A DNA stretch of 64,000 nucleotides from a virus. The stretch is taken from positions 3,036-67,035 of the IMG/VR virus record IMGVR_UViG_3300035670_000178. The stretch is one strand, 5' to 3'. This document shows, piece after piece, positions 46,807 through 56,869 of the stretch. The position numbers and the translations under genes are program-made. Within the stretch, counting starts at the first letter, position 1, and every line of letters starts with the position of its first letter. Below the pieces are notes generated by a model that was given only the letters and a program-made list of their open reading frames with translations, was not told where the DNA came from and did not search any database.

Positions 46807-47338
46807 ACAACAACTCCTTAATAATTACAGCCGTGGACTCGGCATCAACCAAAGCAGTATGCGCTCCTACATTTGACACTTTAAATTTCTCTCTAAGCGC
46901 ATTGAGAGAGGTGCCGGCAGAAAATCCTGGCCTAGCTATGTTCAGAGCCAAAGCCAAACTTGCAGTGTCGATCATTCGATAGTTAAAGAACTTATCGTAA
47001 ATATCACGACCGAACACTTGACGTGTAAGGAAAGACTGATCGAAAGGATAATTATGCCCAACAGGTGTTGCCTTAGCAAACTTAGAGAAGAAGTCCCAGA
47101 TTCTCGGGATGACCTCTACTCTGTCAGGCCAAGAATTAATTTCTTCTTCCGTATAGCCGTTGACTTCAAGTGCCTTAGGATCGATTGCAAATCCTTTAGG
47201 GTTGATCTTGAACTCAGCCCTAGCTAAAGCGTAATCTTCTCTAAGATCAGACTTAATAACTGCACCGACACTAATCACAGCGTGCTTCTCGGGGTCTAAG
47301 CCGGTAGTCTCGGTATCTATTATCGCGTACATCTTCAC
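46778..47338 (-). CDS. DEDDh 3'-5' exonuclease (DnaQ-like)
   Basis: IDTETTGLDP, GHNYPFD, IDT, HTALVDA all intact. Confidence 0.92.
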   Translation of the reverse strand: MKMYAIIDTETTGLDPEKHAVISVGAVIKSDLREDYALARAEFKINPKGFAIDPKALEVNGYTEEEINSWPDRVEVIPRIWDFFSKFAKATPVGHNYPFDQSFLTRQVFGRDIYDKFFNYRMIDTASLALALNIARPGFSAGTSLNALREKFKVSNVGAHTALVDAESTAVIIKELLYEIRGTRYV

Positions 47339-47343
47339 TCCTT

Positions 47344-48219
47344 TCAGAAGTATACATCTCTAAGAGGGCCTTCGAGATTGGCGATCATCTGATCACTTTC
47401 TTCTCTCGTCTTACCCATCTGCCTAAACACATATCCAGAGTTAATGTCCTCCCACATTTCTTTCAGTCCAACGGCGCATTCAATCTGAAACTTCTTCGAC
47501 AAGTGAGCGCGGTAAGTGTAGAACGAAGGACCGTTAGTCACCTGGTCGATCGAAGTAATGAACTGATCTCCGATTGATGATCCCAGCCCAATCGCATAGA
47601 CAAACTGCTGGAACGCCCAACTTTCGTCCACGTCTTCCAGTCCCTTATTGACGCAAACCGGCAGTCCAGAGTCATTGACGATCACGACGCCCTTGGCCGG
47701 CGCGCCAGTCTGATGGTCCGTTACGTAGTGCTTACGCTTAGCGTTCACACTGCTGAAAATAGAATTCACCTTCCAGTCCAAAATAACCGGCGTTCCGTGT
47801 TGATTGATGTAGAAAGCGTCAGGCTTGCCGTAACACGGAACTCCAAGGATCGTCGCGTCTACGCCGAATTCAAACCGCGGTTCGAGATTCGCTAGTCCCA
47901 TGTCAGCTACTGCGATCCCATACGCACCACACTCCTTATACAAGTGAAGCCAGTATTCAGCCTTAGGCCAAAGTTCTTCGCGAAACTGCGGATCTACCTG
48001 TTCTTCAAAAAGTTGCCGGGCATCAAAGCGAGTCGCAGTTTGCAGATCATTCGTTATCTGAGCTTTGACCAACGCGTCGAACGCCGATCCCGCGGCCATG
48101 TAAATAGTCTGCGGTTCACGAACTTCCAGACGATCAGAAAGATAGTTCACGAAATATCGCAAAGGTTCTTTCTTGAAACACTGGTATGCACTAGGGCTGA
48201 TATACTTCGGTATTCTCAT
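47344..48219 (-). CDS. PD-(D/E)xK exonuclease
   Basis: ISPS, GSAFD, GKPD, ILDWK, Q..Y. Confidence 0.8.
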   Translation of the reverse strand: MRIPKYISPSAYQCFKKEPLRYFVNYLSDRLEVREPQTIYMAAGSAFDALVKAQITNDLQTATRFDARQLFEEQVDPQFREELWPKAEYWLHLYKECGAYGIAVADMGLANLEPRFEFGVDATILGVPCYGKPDAFYINQHGTPVILDWKVNSIFSSVNAKRKHYVTDHQTGAPAKGVVIVNDSGLPVCVNKGLEDVDESWAFQQFVYAIGLGSSIGDQFITSIDQVTNGPSFYTYRAHLSKKFQIECAVGLKEMWEDINSGYVFRQMGKTREESDQMIANLEGPLRDVYF

Positions 48220-48404
48220 TCTCGGGGCCTCGTGATTCTGGAGAAATAGTCAATGCCCTTTACATTAGGGATAGGCACAACCCCTTGACTCAGCTTAGCA
48301 TACCATTTGCCTTCGATCTTCAGCAACAATCCCATGCTCTCATTCTTTATGATGTAAGTCAAGTAAGTCCCGTCTTTCTTTGGCTCACTCTTTGTCCACT
48401 TCAT
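48216..48404 (-). CDS. small hypothetical protein
   Basis: W...P..DG.YL pattern, in chain. Confidence 0.5.
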   Translation of the reverse strand: MKWTKSEPKKDGTYLTYIIKNESMGLLLKIEGKWYAKLSQGVVPIPNVKGIDYFSRITRPRE

Positions 48405-48500
48405 TTCTTTATCTTCCCGTCTACTTTATCGACGATCTTCTCTTTCTTCAGGTTGTCTTGAATACGCTGAGCTTCGGCCAGACTCTTCGCAACATACCTC

Positions 48501-49421
48501 TTAGGTACGGTCATAACGTGCCTCCTTAGGAATCCCACCTTTCGTGAGTTCTCGATATTTAATAGTTATCTTCGATCCATTCTCAAACATACAGTCATCA
48601 CGATCCGATCGATGGAACGGAAAGCCAACCGAACGAATCTTTCTTTCTTCGTCTGTGAACCCGGACACTTTAAAGATCCGGCCAACGTCGTCTTGCACTT
48701 CGAGTGCGCCCATCATTCCGTAATACTTGCCATCGCCGTAGTAATACCCTGTGACTGTGACTTCCATCTTTTCATAGGGCTTGACTTTCAGCAGGTTGTT
48801 TGAACGGCATTGCTCCCACTTGCTGTAAGGTTCGCGCAGCATCAACCCTTCGCCGCCGCGAGACATCACTTCGCCCAGCATTTCACTGAGATGTTCTTCG
48901 TCTCTGACTAGAGTCTGTTCGACTACTTTGAAGATCTCATTTTGCTCTAGCTTAGACAGCAGATGGTACGCAAATCGAAAAGGCAATTGATCTTTGATGG
49001 TGGGGTGAAGTTGGATCTCAGGAATCAGCTTCTCTGCTTTGCGGAAACGCACAAGCCCGGTATCCATCTTTACAGGCATATCGAACGCCATGAACTTAAC
49101 GTGTTGCCACTCCAAAACAATAGGGGTCTTCTTGCGAACAACAGACATAGTTTCTTGAAACATCTGACGATCAATGTAAAGTTCACCGTCCAGCGGCATG
49201 TTCTCAGGCAAGTGCTTCAGCCACCACTTAGGAGCATGTACCACTTTACCGTCACGGGTCCAAAGCCCCGTCGGCTCGATGTCAGGGTCGTTGCTGAATT
49301 CCTTCGGGAAGTTGGGAAGCCAGAGACCGCGGCAGCCGTCTAGCTTTTCGCTAGCATACCAACCAGCCACCTTCTGATCTTCGTACATCTTACCGAGCAT
49401 AGCGAAAGTCTTAAGAGCCAT
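48501..49421 (-). CDS. ATP-dependent DNA ligase
   Basis: SEKLDG, LDGELY, EGLMLR, LLKVK, OB-fold C-terminus; start MALKTF. Confidence 0.93.
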   Translation of the reverse strand: MALKTFAMLGKMYEDQKVAGWYASEKLDGCRGLWLPNFPKEFSNDPDIEPTGLWTRDGKVVHAPKWWLKHLPENMPLDGELYIDRQMFQETMSVVRKKTPIVLEWQHVKFMAFDMPVKMDTGLVRFRKAEKLIPEIQLHPTIKDQLPFRFAYHLLSKLEQNEIFKVVEQTLVRDEEHLSEMLGEVMSRGGEGLMLREPYSKWEQCRSNNLLKVKPYEKMEVTVTGYYYGDGKYYGMMGALEVQDDVGRIFKVSGFTDEERKIRSVGFPFHRSDRDDCMFENGSKITIKYRELTKGGIPKEARYDRT

Positions 49422-49746
49422 TTTCAAGCCAATCCAGTTTGTCGTTGACGGCATCATTCAAATCGATGTGCATAGCCGAAGCTATCAACGCCGTGATAAT
49501 AACAATGTCTGCGAGTTCGGAGCTCAGCCCGACAGGCTTGTCATTGTAGCTAGCCTTAATGAACTTATTGCTGTAGTCCACGGTAGCTTCGATCACTTCC
49601 GTGGACAAGTGTTTCAGCATTTCTTCGACATTCTTGAACCCGCCTTTCTTGGGCTTGAGATTCAATAATCTCCGTCCAATACTTTCACGACTCTGTTTTT
49701 CATGCCTTGAAGAATCCTGTGTATTTGCACATACGGGATCTTGCAT
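49411..49746 (-). CDS. MazG-like NTP pyrophosphohydrolase
   Basis: EVIE...ELADIVI. Confidence 0.7.
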   Translation of the reverse strand: MQDPVCANTQDSSRHEKQSRESIGRRLLNLKPKKGGFKNVEEMLKHLSTEVIEATVDYSNKFIKASYNDKPVGLSSELADIVIITALIASAMHIDLNDAVNDKLDWLENGS

Positions 49747-50267
49747 TCTACTGATACCTCCTCTAGTGTGTAACCGTCAACCCTCATTTGAATGATCTTC
49801 TTTTCTATATCGGAGAAAAGAAAGTTACTTACAAGATCGTCACGGACAATGGTATCTTCGTGTTTCTCGTCCCAACATTGCTTTGGCGTGCCTCGATTGG
49901 CTGACACAGATTCTTCATTGTCGTCGCATCCGAATTCAGAGTCAAACACATCGCAGTCAAATGGATTGTACATCAGATCTTCGCCGTCGGGCGTCTTGAT
50001 CAGATGCGATCGTTTGACGAAATTGATTATATGTCCTTTAATCTTTTCACGCAGAAATGCTCTCGGATTCGGGTGTCCTTTCAGTACGTTCACGCCAGCT
50101 ATCAGAGCCACGTAGGCTTCTCCTCGAATATCGACACGTTCATGTGTGAAGCTACGCTGTGAAACACGATCCGCTAAGTAGTTAGCAAAAGGAATGTAGT
50201 TCAGTATAACGATTTCGAGTTCGCCTTCTTGAATTTTGTCAATCACTTGCTTGTCGGTTAGATACAT
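49662..50267 (-). CDS. RNA polymerase sigma-factor-like protein
   Basis: Region-2-like N-terminus (NYIPFA..DIRGEAYVALI) and region-4 HTH (EKKIIQMR.DGYTLEEV); start MYLTDK. Confidence 0.7.
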   Translation of the reverse strand: MYLTDKQVIDKIQEGELEIVILNYIPFANYLADRVSQRSFTHERVDIRGEAYVALIAGVNVLKGHPNPRAFLREKIKGHIINFVKRSHLIKTPDGEDLMYNPFDCDVFDSEFGCDDNEESVSANRGTPKQCWDEKHEDTIVRDDLVSNFLFSDIEKKIIQMRVDGYTLEEVSVECKIPYVQIHRILQGMKNRVVKVLDGDY

Positions 50268-50733
50268 CTTTGCAGATCCTATACATTGGGTGGAACCCCG
50301 ATAGGCGCGTCGTGTAGAAATCACTGATCTCGCCATTTGAAGGGTTGTACACTTTGTTTCCGTCCCACGCACAAAAATGATTCTGATACTGCAACAGGCC
50401 CACGTTGCCTTCCGTGAGCAAATCTCCTTCCTCCCAACGTCCTTTGAATTTCCCCGATCCACCACACAGCAAACACTTGCTCGAATGAAAATGAATGGCC
50501 GGCCAACGACCGTAGTTAATTACGAGCGCCCATCCTTTGTCTTGTAAATACTTTGTAAAGTCCTGCGGGTGATGGCCTCGAAACTTCATGCTGCCTTGCG
50601 CGCCAAAATGTATAACGTCTTTGTAAGGCTTATTGATTTCCTCGATCAACTCCTGAACGGGAACGTCAATCACCATGGCAATCGCTGTGACCATGCAACT
50701 AGCAGGGTCAGGTTGTATTTGAATCTTTAGCAT
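50239..50733 (-). CDS. C39/papain-like cysteine peptidase
   Basis: Q....SCMVTAIAMV and HFCAWDG..VYNP. Confidence 0.6.
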   Translation of the reverse strand: MLKIQIQPDPASCMVTAIAMVIDVPVQELIEEINKPYKDVIHFGAQGSMKFRGHHPQDFTKYLQDKGWALVINYGRWPAIHFHSSKCLLCGGSGKFKGRWEEGDLLTEGNVGLLQYQNHFCAWDGNKVYNPSNGEISDFYTTRLSGFHPMYRICKDVSNRQASD

Positions 50734-52444
50734 AGCTTAATTCTCTCCGATCTTATGTTACGCATGACAACACTCTCAGGAAATACAGAACCTTCTGCAA
50801 TCACTACATCTTCTAGTCCATTTATCCAAACTCTTTTATACATATTTTCCTGTATACAAAGAGAATTAATTCCTAGTTGAATGTATAGATCGACGCAGCT
50901 AAACACAAGAATCTGCCCCGAAGATAGTTCAGCATGTAGTATACCGTCGTGGCACGTCAAAGTAACTACGCCCGCTCTATGAAAAGATCTGTCAAACATT
51001 TTGTAAATCCAGATCTACAAAATAAATCTCAAGATCCTTACCGTCTCTCAGCCTGAACTCAGCCACAGAAAAATTAGGCTTACTCTTGATGTGTTTGAGT
51101 TCATCAAACTCATACAAAACACCAGCACCAGTGATCGCTTGCTTGCTTAGCAAATTTATCTTCAAATAAACGACGTTTGCTTTCATCTAGTCCTCCCACA
51201 CAAGTTCGCCAGCGAACACTTGACCTTCAAACTTACAATGAACACCATTCTTGTCGACCCACTCTACTTTCATATCCCAGAGAGGGCCCGGCGTCACGCG
51301 ATCAAATTCGTAGTAGAGAATGCCGGCAGCAATATATTCGTTACCGTTGATGTTCAGTTTGTTACCGATTCTAATAACTTGGTCCACTGTATCTACCCTT
51401 TCACAAAACTGACTCCACCTGAGCATTTGAGCTGAACTTCAGGATCTTTGAATCTCACCACAACTGCCGTGTTCCAATCACCGATCACATCTTGAAAAGA
51501 CTCGAACTTCATTATAGTCTCCCCATTCGAGTACACGAATCCGGCTAAGTCAACTATCACATGGGTTGATATCTCTCGAAGGATGGATCGTTCCACCACA
51601 TTGCTCCGCAATACGTTCAGCCTTTGCCAGATCCTTAGTAGTACACACTACTCGCATATCTGGCATCACGACTCTGTAGTCTATCTGAGTCCTCCCACGA
51701 TCAACCCAACCGTGGTACATTACATCTTTGACGTTCATTTGCCTACCACCTTAAGGACAAGTAACAAGATTAACAGACAACCCAAGATGCCGAGGACGCC
51801 TATCAATGGCGCCGCAACAACATACCAACTAATGTTTGGAAACGCCGTCACTTTCAGCGCCGTGAACAAAGTTACCCACGTAAAAATAAGAATACTACTT
51901 AGCTGCTCTTTCATTAAGGATACCCTCATCTATTTCAATTTCTTGCAACAGTTCCAACGCGCAAGCTTTTCGATTCTTTAATTCCGAAAGAAGGTGAGCT
52001 CTTAGCTCTTCCTTAAGGATGCTTAGAGCTTCTTCTAAGCTAAGCCCTACACGCTCAACAATGTATCTTCCTTTTAGATATCCTACCTCCAGCTCTCCCT
52101 CCGCGTCTTTGATCTCTTTTACGAACTCATAGAGCATAACTTTATCTCGGCTGAACTCCGACCACATTACAGACAAAACTGTTGCTTTGACAAAGGGCTC
52201 CACTGTAACATCTAATTGAGTTCCAAGAGCACTGTGAGATAATCGGTATTCCATATCAAAGATCCCATTTCGTTATCTCAATCCCTTTGCAAACTTCGAT
52301 GCCATCGATCAGCATCCGAGGCCAAGCAATCCCATGCCAGTCACAACTACAATCCCTTTCGCTAGCTTCACAACAATCGAAGCCAATGCTCGTGATATTG
52401 TGCTTTTCCATCAACGCTTTAAGTTCTTGCTTGAACTCTTTCAT
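50727..52444 (-). other. run of about eight small hypothetical ORFs
   Basis: Overlapping chain 50727-50999, 50992-51186, 51187-51426, 51393-51611, 51550-51738, 51735-51929 (two TM segments), 51895-52254, 52256-52444. Confidence 0.55.
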
Positions 52445-52461
52445 CTTTAATTCCTTTAAAA

Positions 52462-52527
52462 AGCCCTGGTAGGGCACGATCCTACATCCCACTCGATTCA
52501 GTGGCTACTTACTTAGACGACAGGGCT
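52462..52527 (-). ncRNA. degenerate tRNA-like cloverleaf
   Basis: AGCCCTG/CAGGGCT acceptor stem, CCACT/AGTGG arm, GTAGG-ATCGTGC-CCTAC T-arm-like; D arm unpaired, no CCA. Confidence 0.5.
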
Positions 52528-52533
52528 TAAAAT

Positions 52534-52607
52534 TGGTGAACTCCAGCAGGATTTGAACCTGCGTTCCAGGTGGCCGACCCGATCCTATCCGCTAGAAGAT
52601 GGAGTTC
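52534..52607 (-). tRNA. tRNA-like gene with aberrant anticodon loop (isotype undetermined)
   Basis: GAACTCCA/TGGAGTTC, D arm TTCT-AGCGGAT-AGGA, GCAGG-TTCAAAT-CCTGC, encoded CCA. Confidence 0.75.
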
Positions 52608-52611
52608 AAAA

Positions 52612-53283
52612 TCAGAGCATGTATTCTTTCAAGTTTGCTTCGCGATCCAAGATGCTCAAATCGTAAGTGCCTCCACTCACGTCAAGAAGCCATATGGGGA
52701 TCTTGCAGCCAAGCATTCTAGGAAAGTTTTCAACTTGAGCTGGTGTGAAAGAGAGTTCACGTTTCAGCTCAAGCCATTGACGTTTCGTTCGCTTGAGAAG
52801 ATAAAGATCCGGCAACCCTTTCTGGATATTGTTGCCGTAAGTAGGCATCACCGTGTATCCTTTGGCTTCAAGCTCTTTCGTCACTTCTATTTGAATCTGC
52901 CCTTCGTAGTGCGACTGCACTTCGTGAGGCTTAGGCTTTGCGTTGCCCCCTAAATAGTTAAGGTAGTTAGGGTTCTGGAAAAGCCTAAGATATTCTTCAC
53001 GTGTCGTACCTCGAAGGAGCCACACGTTTCGGATCTTGGGGAAGTAGAAGTTCTGGTACTCGGTAAATGTTTCCTTACCCGGCCGTTTGACTTCTACCCA
53101 TCGCTCGCCGTACTTGTGATGAAAGCAGTAAAGATCTGGGAACCCGCCCTGAAACTTGTTCCCGTGAGTGTTAATTACGTTCCACTCCTGAATCCTCAGC
53201 ATCTTTATTATCTTGTCTTGCAGTATTGCCTCGGGCTGTCTGTTGCTCTTCGGCGAAAACGGCTTCATGCTTGTAAACTCCAC
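52612..53283 (-). CDS. tandem two-domain VRR-NUC nuclease
   Basis: GFPDLY..WVEVK and GLPDLY..WLELK. Confidence 0.8.
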   Translation of the reverse strand: MEFTSMKPFSPKSNRQPEAILQDKIIKMLRIQEWNVINTHGNKFQGGFPDLYCFHHKYGERWVEVKRPGKETFTEYQNFYFPKIRNVWLLRGTTREEYLRLFQNPNYLNYLGGNAKPKPHEVQSHYEGQIQIEVTKELEAKGYTVMPTYGNNIQKGLPDLYLLKRTKRQWLELKRELSFTPAQVENFPRMLGCKIPIWLLDVSGGTYDLSILDREANLKEYML

Positions 53284-54156
53284 ACGCCAAATGCCAGCCG
53301 GCCTCGATCAAAGATTCAGGGCCTCGAACACCTTCAATGAAATAGGTAATCAACATCCGCGCTCTTTGGATATGGGCCATAGCGTGCATGTCACGAGCCT
53401 GAATATGCCACTCTGTGCTCTTGTCTTTCGGGTCAACGGCGAAAGACTTGAGAGCCTTACGAATGTGGGTGATCTTCAACATCTTTAACAACCTTTCGTT
53501 TGATGCTTTCAGGCATCGTTCTACGGAAATCAGCACGGAATACTTCGAGTCTATATTTCAGCTTTTGATACTCTGCCAAGTGAGGGTAGAGCTTTTGCTT
53601 CCTCAGCCACACATCGAGATCAGCTTCTTTATATAACTTAAGTAGAGACTTGTAACTGTCTCGCTCAAACAACGAAACATACCAATCTCGAACTTCAACC
53701 ACCTGATCTTCTTCAAGATCCCTGAGGTTCTTGAACGTAACTTTAACTAGAGGAAATCCTTTTACGCTCTTTCTCAAACTTTCGTCGAGTGACCTCACCT
53801 CTTTTATAACGTTCGATTTCAATCTTTAGCTCCTTTTTCGTAAGCAAGCCGTAGTTTCTTACGTTAAGCCTCCTGGCTTCCTTAATCAGATCGACGATCA
53901 TCGGATCATTCTCACGCCAGGCTTTCTTGAGTCCTTCAAAATCGCCCGCCTCAATCAACTGCCTGTGTGGTTCTAGATCGTCGAACTTCGCCACTAGGCG
54001 TACTACTTTCTGCCAACGACTTATCTCTGACTTGCACATCTTTAAGTCCGCGGCTGTGAAATCAACGCCGTAACTCGCAGACATTGCTCTCAAATTGCGC
54101 CTCCACTCAGCCAACTTATCTAGTGGATAGCGTGCCAGTTCGGGCCGGCGACCCAT
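53171..54156 (-). other. three basic hypothetical ORFs (53171-53536, 53457-53822, 53743-54156)
   Basis: Co-oriented chain downstream of the polymerase; starts uncertain. Confidence 0.45.
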
Positions 54157-56366
54157 TTCATTTCTAGTAATGGTACCTTCTCCCTAAGTTCCTCTATCCT
54201 CGCAAGGACAGTCTCCTCTACTTTCCCGATCAGACTCGGATCATGCACCACGGCTACGATTTCGTCGTGAATGTTCAACGTCTGCACTTTCCAGTCTTGA
54301 ATACCAGCAGGTTGCAAGTCGTAGATAGATCGCTGTACTTCTTTCGTGATGTCTGCGCCGGGACTTTGGATCTCATGATTGATTGCTGCACGTGATGCTT
54401 TCTTCTGAATACGTCGTATAGTTTGATAGAGAGCAGTGCGTAGCGCATTCGACACGGTTTGCGTCCGTCCTTCGTATCTCTGACAAGTCGGTTCGTCTTT
54501 ATACTCGAATGGCATGTTCTGCGCTAGATTGTACAACATCCGGCAGATCTTCCACTCAAGCATGAAGTACCGCCTGTGACCCATGAAAGACTCAATATAG
54601 GGTAAAGGCTCCTCCCAAGTATAGTCGTCTCTCAAGGGTCTGTAATGCTTGTAGATTTCTTCCCGTCGTTTCAAGAACTGTGGGAAGTTCTTGAAGAACT
54701 CTTTCTCTGCACGCTTGGATTGCTCCGACGTGGCTTCGAGTTTGTATTCGATCGCGTCAGCCGTCCCGCCGTACACGAGGGCAAACAACCCTGACTTTGC
54801 TTTGCCATACTTATCTTTGTCTTCCATGACTTCATCGTAAGACATACCGTACAATCCAGCGCCAAACACGGCGTGTACTTTCTTACCCGTCGTGAGCATC
54901 TCATGCCAGTTAGGATCGTCGTACACAGCATCGCAGATCGTCAACTCGAATCCGTCGAAGTCACCGCCAGCCATGTTCGGCCCGAACGTGAAGCACTCAC
55001 GAAACGATGCTTCACGATCAAAGCCCTGCGGGTTAAGTCCGCCCGCGCCCGACATTCGGGAACTCTTCGTACCGATAACGTTGTACCCCGGATACAAACG
55101 TTCGGCCAACAACAATTTCTTTAGTACGCGCAACTTCGCGTTCATCTTCCGTGACTTCTTGATATGCTTGGCTCGCTTAGCCACCTCGTGAGGCGGACAG
55201 TTCGGGCAGCCGTCAAGATCATTTTCGAGGCAGTCGTCGCAAGGCTCAATCCACTTTTCAAGCTGATCTAGCGCGGGTTTGTTTGTGCTGCCTTCGACTT
55301 TTTCTTCACGCATAAATCTGTCCACTTCAAAGTCGGACATGGCTTCCATTAGATAACGCTTGGCTTTGCGTGCGTCGATCACCGAAGCGTCAATCTCATC
55401 GATAATCGAATCTCTAAGTAGCTCAAGTTTCTCGTAATCAAGATCGAACCCACGCCAACGACACGACGCAACAGAGCAAGTCAATACGCTATCTGTCGTT
55501 TCTTCAGGTTCACCGAATGCCCGGTACAACTTACGGGTCCATATCACGTCTTCAGTTGCGTACTTCATAGGCAAGCCCATCTTCCAATGGGCGACATGTG
55601 ATCTCACGTGAGCCGGCCATGTACCTTTGTAAGCACCGATCATATTTGGCGGCGCGGCTTTGGTGGGCCACGACTCCATCTCGACGATCCGTTTAGCATA
55701 AGGTATGTAGCCTAGTTCAACGGGCTTGTTCTCAGGCATCATTTCCGGGAACGACTTAGTCGGCAACCCGAACACATAAGCGCAGAGCGGTTTCAACCCG
55801 CCGGACGACTTGGCCCGGCCAATGACGTCCCGCCAGTCGCGATCAATCCAATTACCTTTTTTGTCGAAGATCGGTTCGGAGTGCCAAATCGGCGTCGGAT
55901 CGATATGCAAATAACTCTCTAGCTTCGTGTTCATGTTCAGGTAGTCAATCAACTTGTGAACTACACTCACGTGGACCTTATGGATTCGCCACTCTTTCTT
56001 ACCCATAGACTGCTGCAATTCATTCTTGCGAGCAACCATCATGAGATCAACGACTTCGTAAGGCTTGACGCACTTGCCAAATCTCCCGTCGGCTTCGGCT
56101 TCGTACATCATGTTGATGTTCTTGATTGGGATCGTATCCTCCGGCACCAAGGACAGCATGTTGTAGATCTTTTGAATGTGAAAGTGGTCGAACGTGAGAT
56201 TGAACCCGCAGACGCCTTCGTTCATCATTCGCTCGATCAACTCAAGCGTGTTTCCCGCAGGCTCATTCCACACGTCGTGAATCACAACCGGCCCATCGTC
56301 CTGGGCATATTGGATTATGACTGGGACTCCGTGGAATCCGATTGTTTCTGTATCATAGAAGTACAT
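54120..56366 (-). CDS. polA: family A DNA polymerase
   Basis: YDTET and FNLTFD exonuclease motifs; SSRMS, NPQ, DFDGFEL (motif A), AKSGLFALVYG (B), IQSPGAD, IHDEI (C). Confidence 0.92.
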   Translation of the reverse strand: MYFYDTETIGFHGVPVIIQYAQDDGPVVIHDVWNEPAGNTLELIERMMNEGVCGFNLTFDHFHIQKIYNMLSLVPEDTIPIKNINMMYEAEADGRFGKCVKPYEVVDLMMVARKNELQQSMGKKEWRIHKVHVSVVHKLIDYLNMNTKLESYLHIDPTPIWHSEPIFDKKGNWIDRDWRDVIGRAKSSGGLKPLCAYVFGLPTKSFPEMMPENKPVELGYIPYAKRIVEMESWPTKAAPPNMIGAYKGTWPAHVRSHVAHWKMGLPMKYATEDVIWTRKLYRAFGEPEETTDSVLTCSVASCRWRGFDLDYEKLELLRDSIIDEIDASVIDARKAKRYLMEAMSDFEVDRFMREEKVEGSTNKPALDQLEKWIEPCDDCLENDLDGCPNCPPHEVAKRAKHIKKSRKMNAKLRVLKKLLLAERLYPGYNVIGTKSSRMSGAGGLNPQGFDREASFRECFTFGPNMAGGDFDGFELTICDAVYDDPNWHEMLTTGKKVHAVFGAGLYGMSYDEVMEDKDKYGKAKSGLFALVYGGTADAIEYKLEATSEQSKRAEKEFFKNFPQFLKRREEIYKHYRPLRDDYTWEEPLPYIESFMGHRRYFMLEWKICRMLYNLAQNMPFEYKDEPTCQRYEGRTQTVSNALRTALYQTIRRIQKKASRAAINHEIQSPGADITKEVQRSIYDLQPAGIQDWKVQTLNIHDEIVAVVHDPSLIGKVEETVLARIEELREKVPLLEMKWVAGPNWHAIH

Positions 56367-56694
56367 CCATTCGATCCTCGTTCACAAAGAGCACGTTAAG
56401 TCTACTGCCCATAAGCAAAGGCACGAGCTTAGGGCCATTCTGACTAATTCTCCAAGATCCGATTCCTGTGATGTCAGGCTCGAAGTTCTTGATGCTCACG
56501 ATCCCTTTGATTGTGACTGGAACAGACTGACCGGCCTTTGCATTCTCAAGAGCGACGCCGAACAAATCACCAAGATAATTGCGGACTGAATAGTTTCCTA
56601 AGTGTGTGACAGGATCTCCTTTTGCAATGTCGCATTCAGCAAGGCAAGTGATAATCAGTTGACTACATGAACCTCCAATATCACCGTACGGCAT
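56353..56694 (-). CDS. DUF2190/capsid-cement-like small protein
   Basis: AECDIAKGDPV..FGVALENAKAGQSVPV.IKG. Confidence 0.55.
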   Translation of the reverse strand: MPYGDIGGSCSQLIITCLAECDIAKGDPVTHLGNYSVRNYLGDLFGVALENAKAGQSVPVTIKGIVSIKNFEPDITGIGSWRISQNGPKLVPLLMGSRLNVLFVNEDRMDVLL

Positions 56695-56869
56695 TAAATT
56701 TCTCCCAGTTGTCTAGCCAGTGTTTTCTGATCCACACATCCACATCTTTGCCAACTACTTTCAAGAAGGCGTTAAATCTGTGGCGATCCATTTTTAGGAT
56801 GCCTTCTGTGAATGGCGGAGTGGTGTTCTTTCTCGCTGTGATGACGTAGAATTCAAGAGACATCCTCAC
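56681..56869 (-). CDS. hypothetical protein
   Basis: In chain. Confidence 0.45.
   Translation of the reverse strand: MRMSLEFYVITARKNTTPPFTEGILKMDRHRFNAFLKVVGKDVDVWIRKHWLDNWEKFNAVR

Noticed and set aside
52534-52607. Calling the tRNA as Ala(GGC), or as an attachment site
   Set aside because: The GGC reading needs a loop without U33 or purine 37; no integrase or duplicated 3' end was seen
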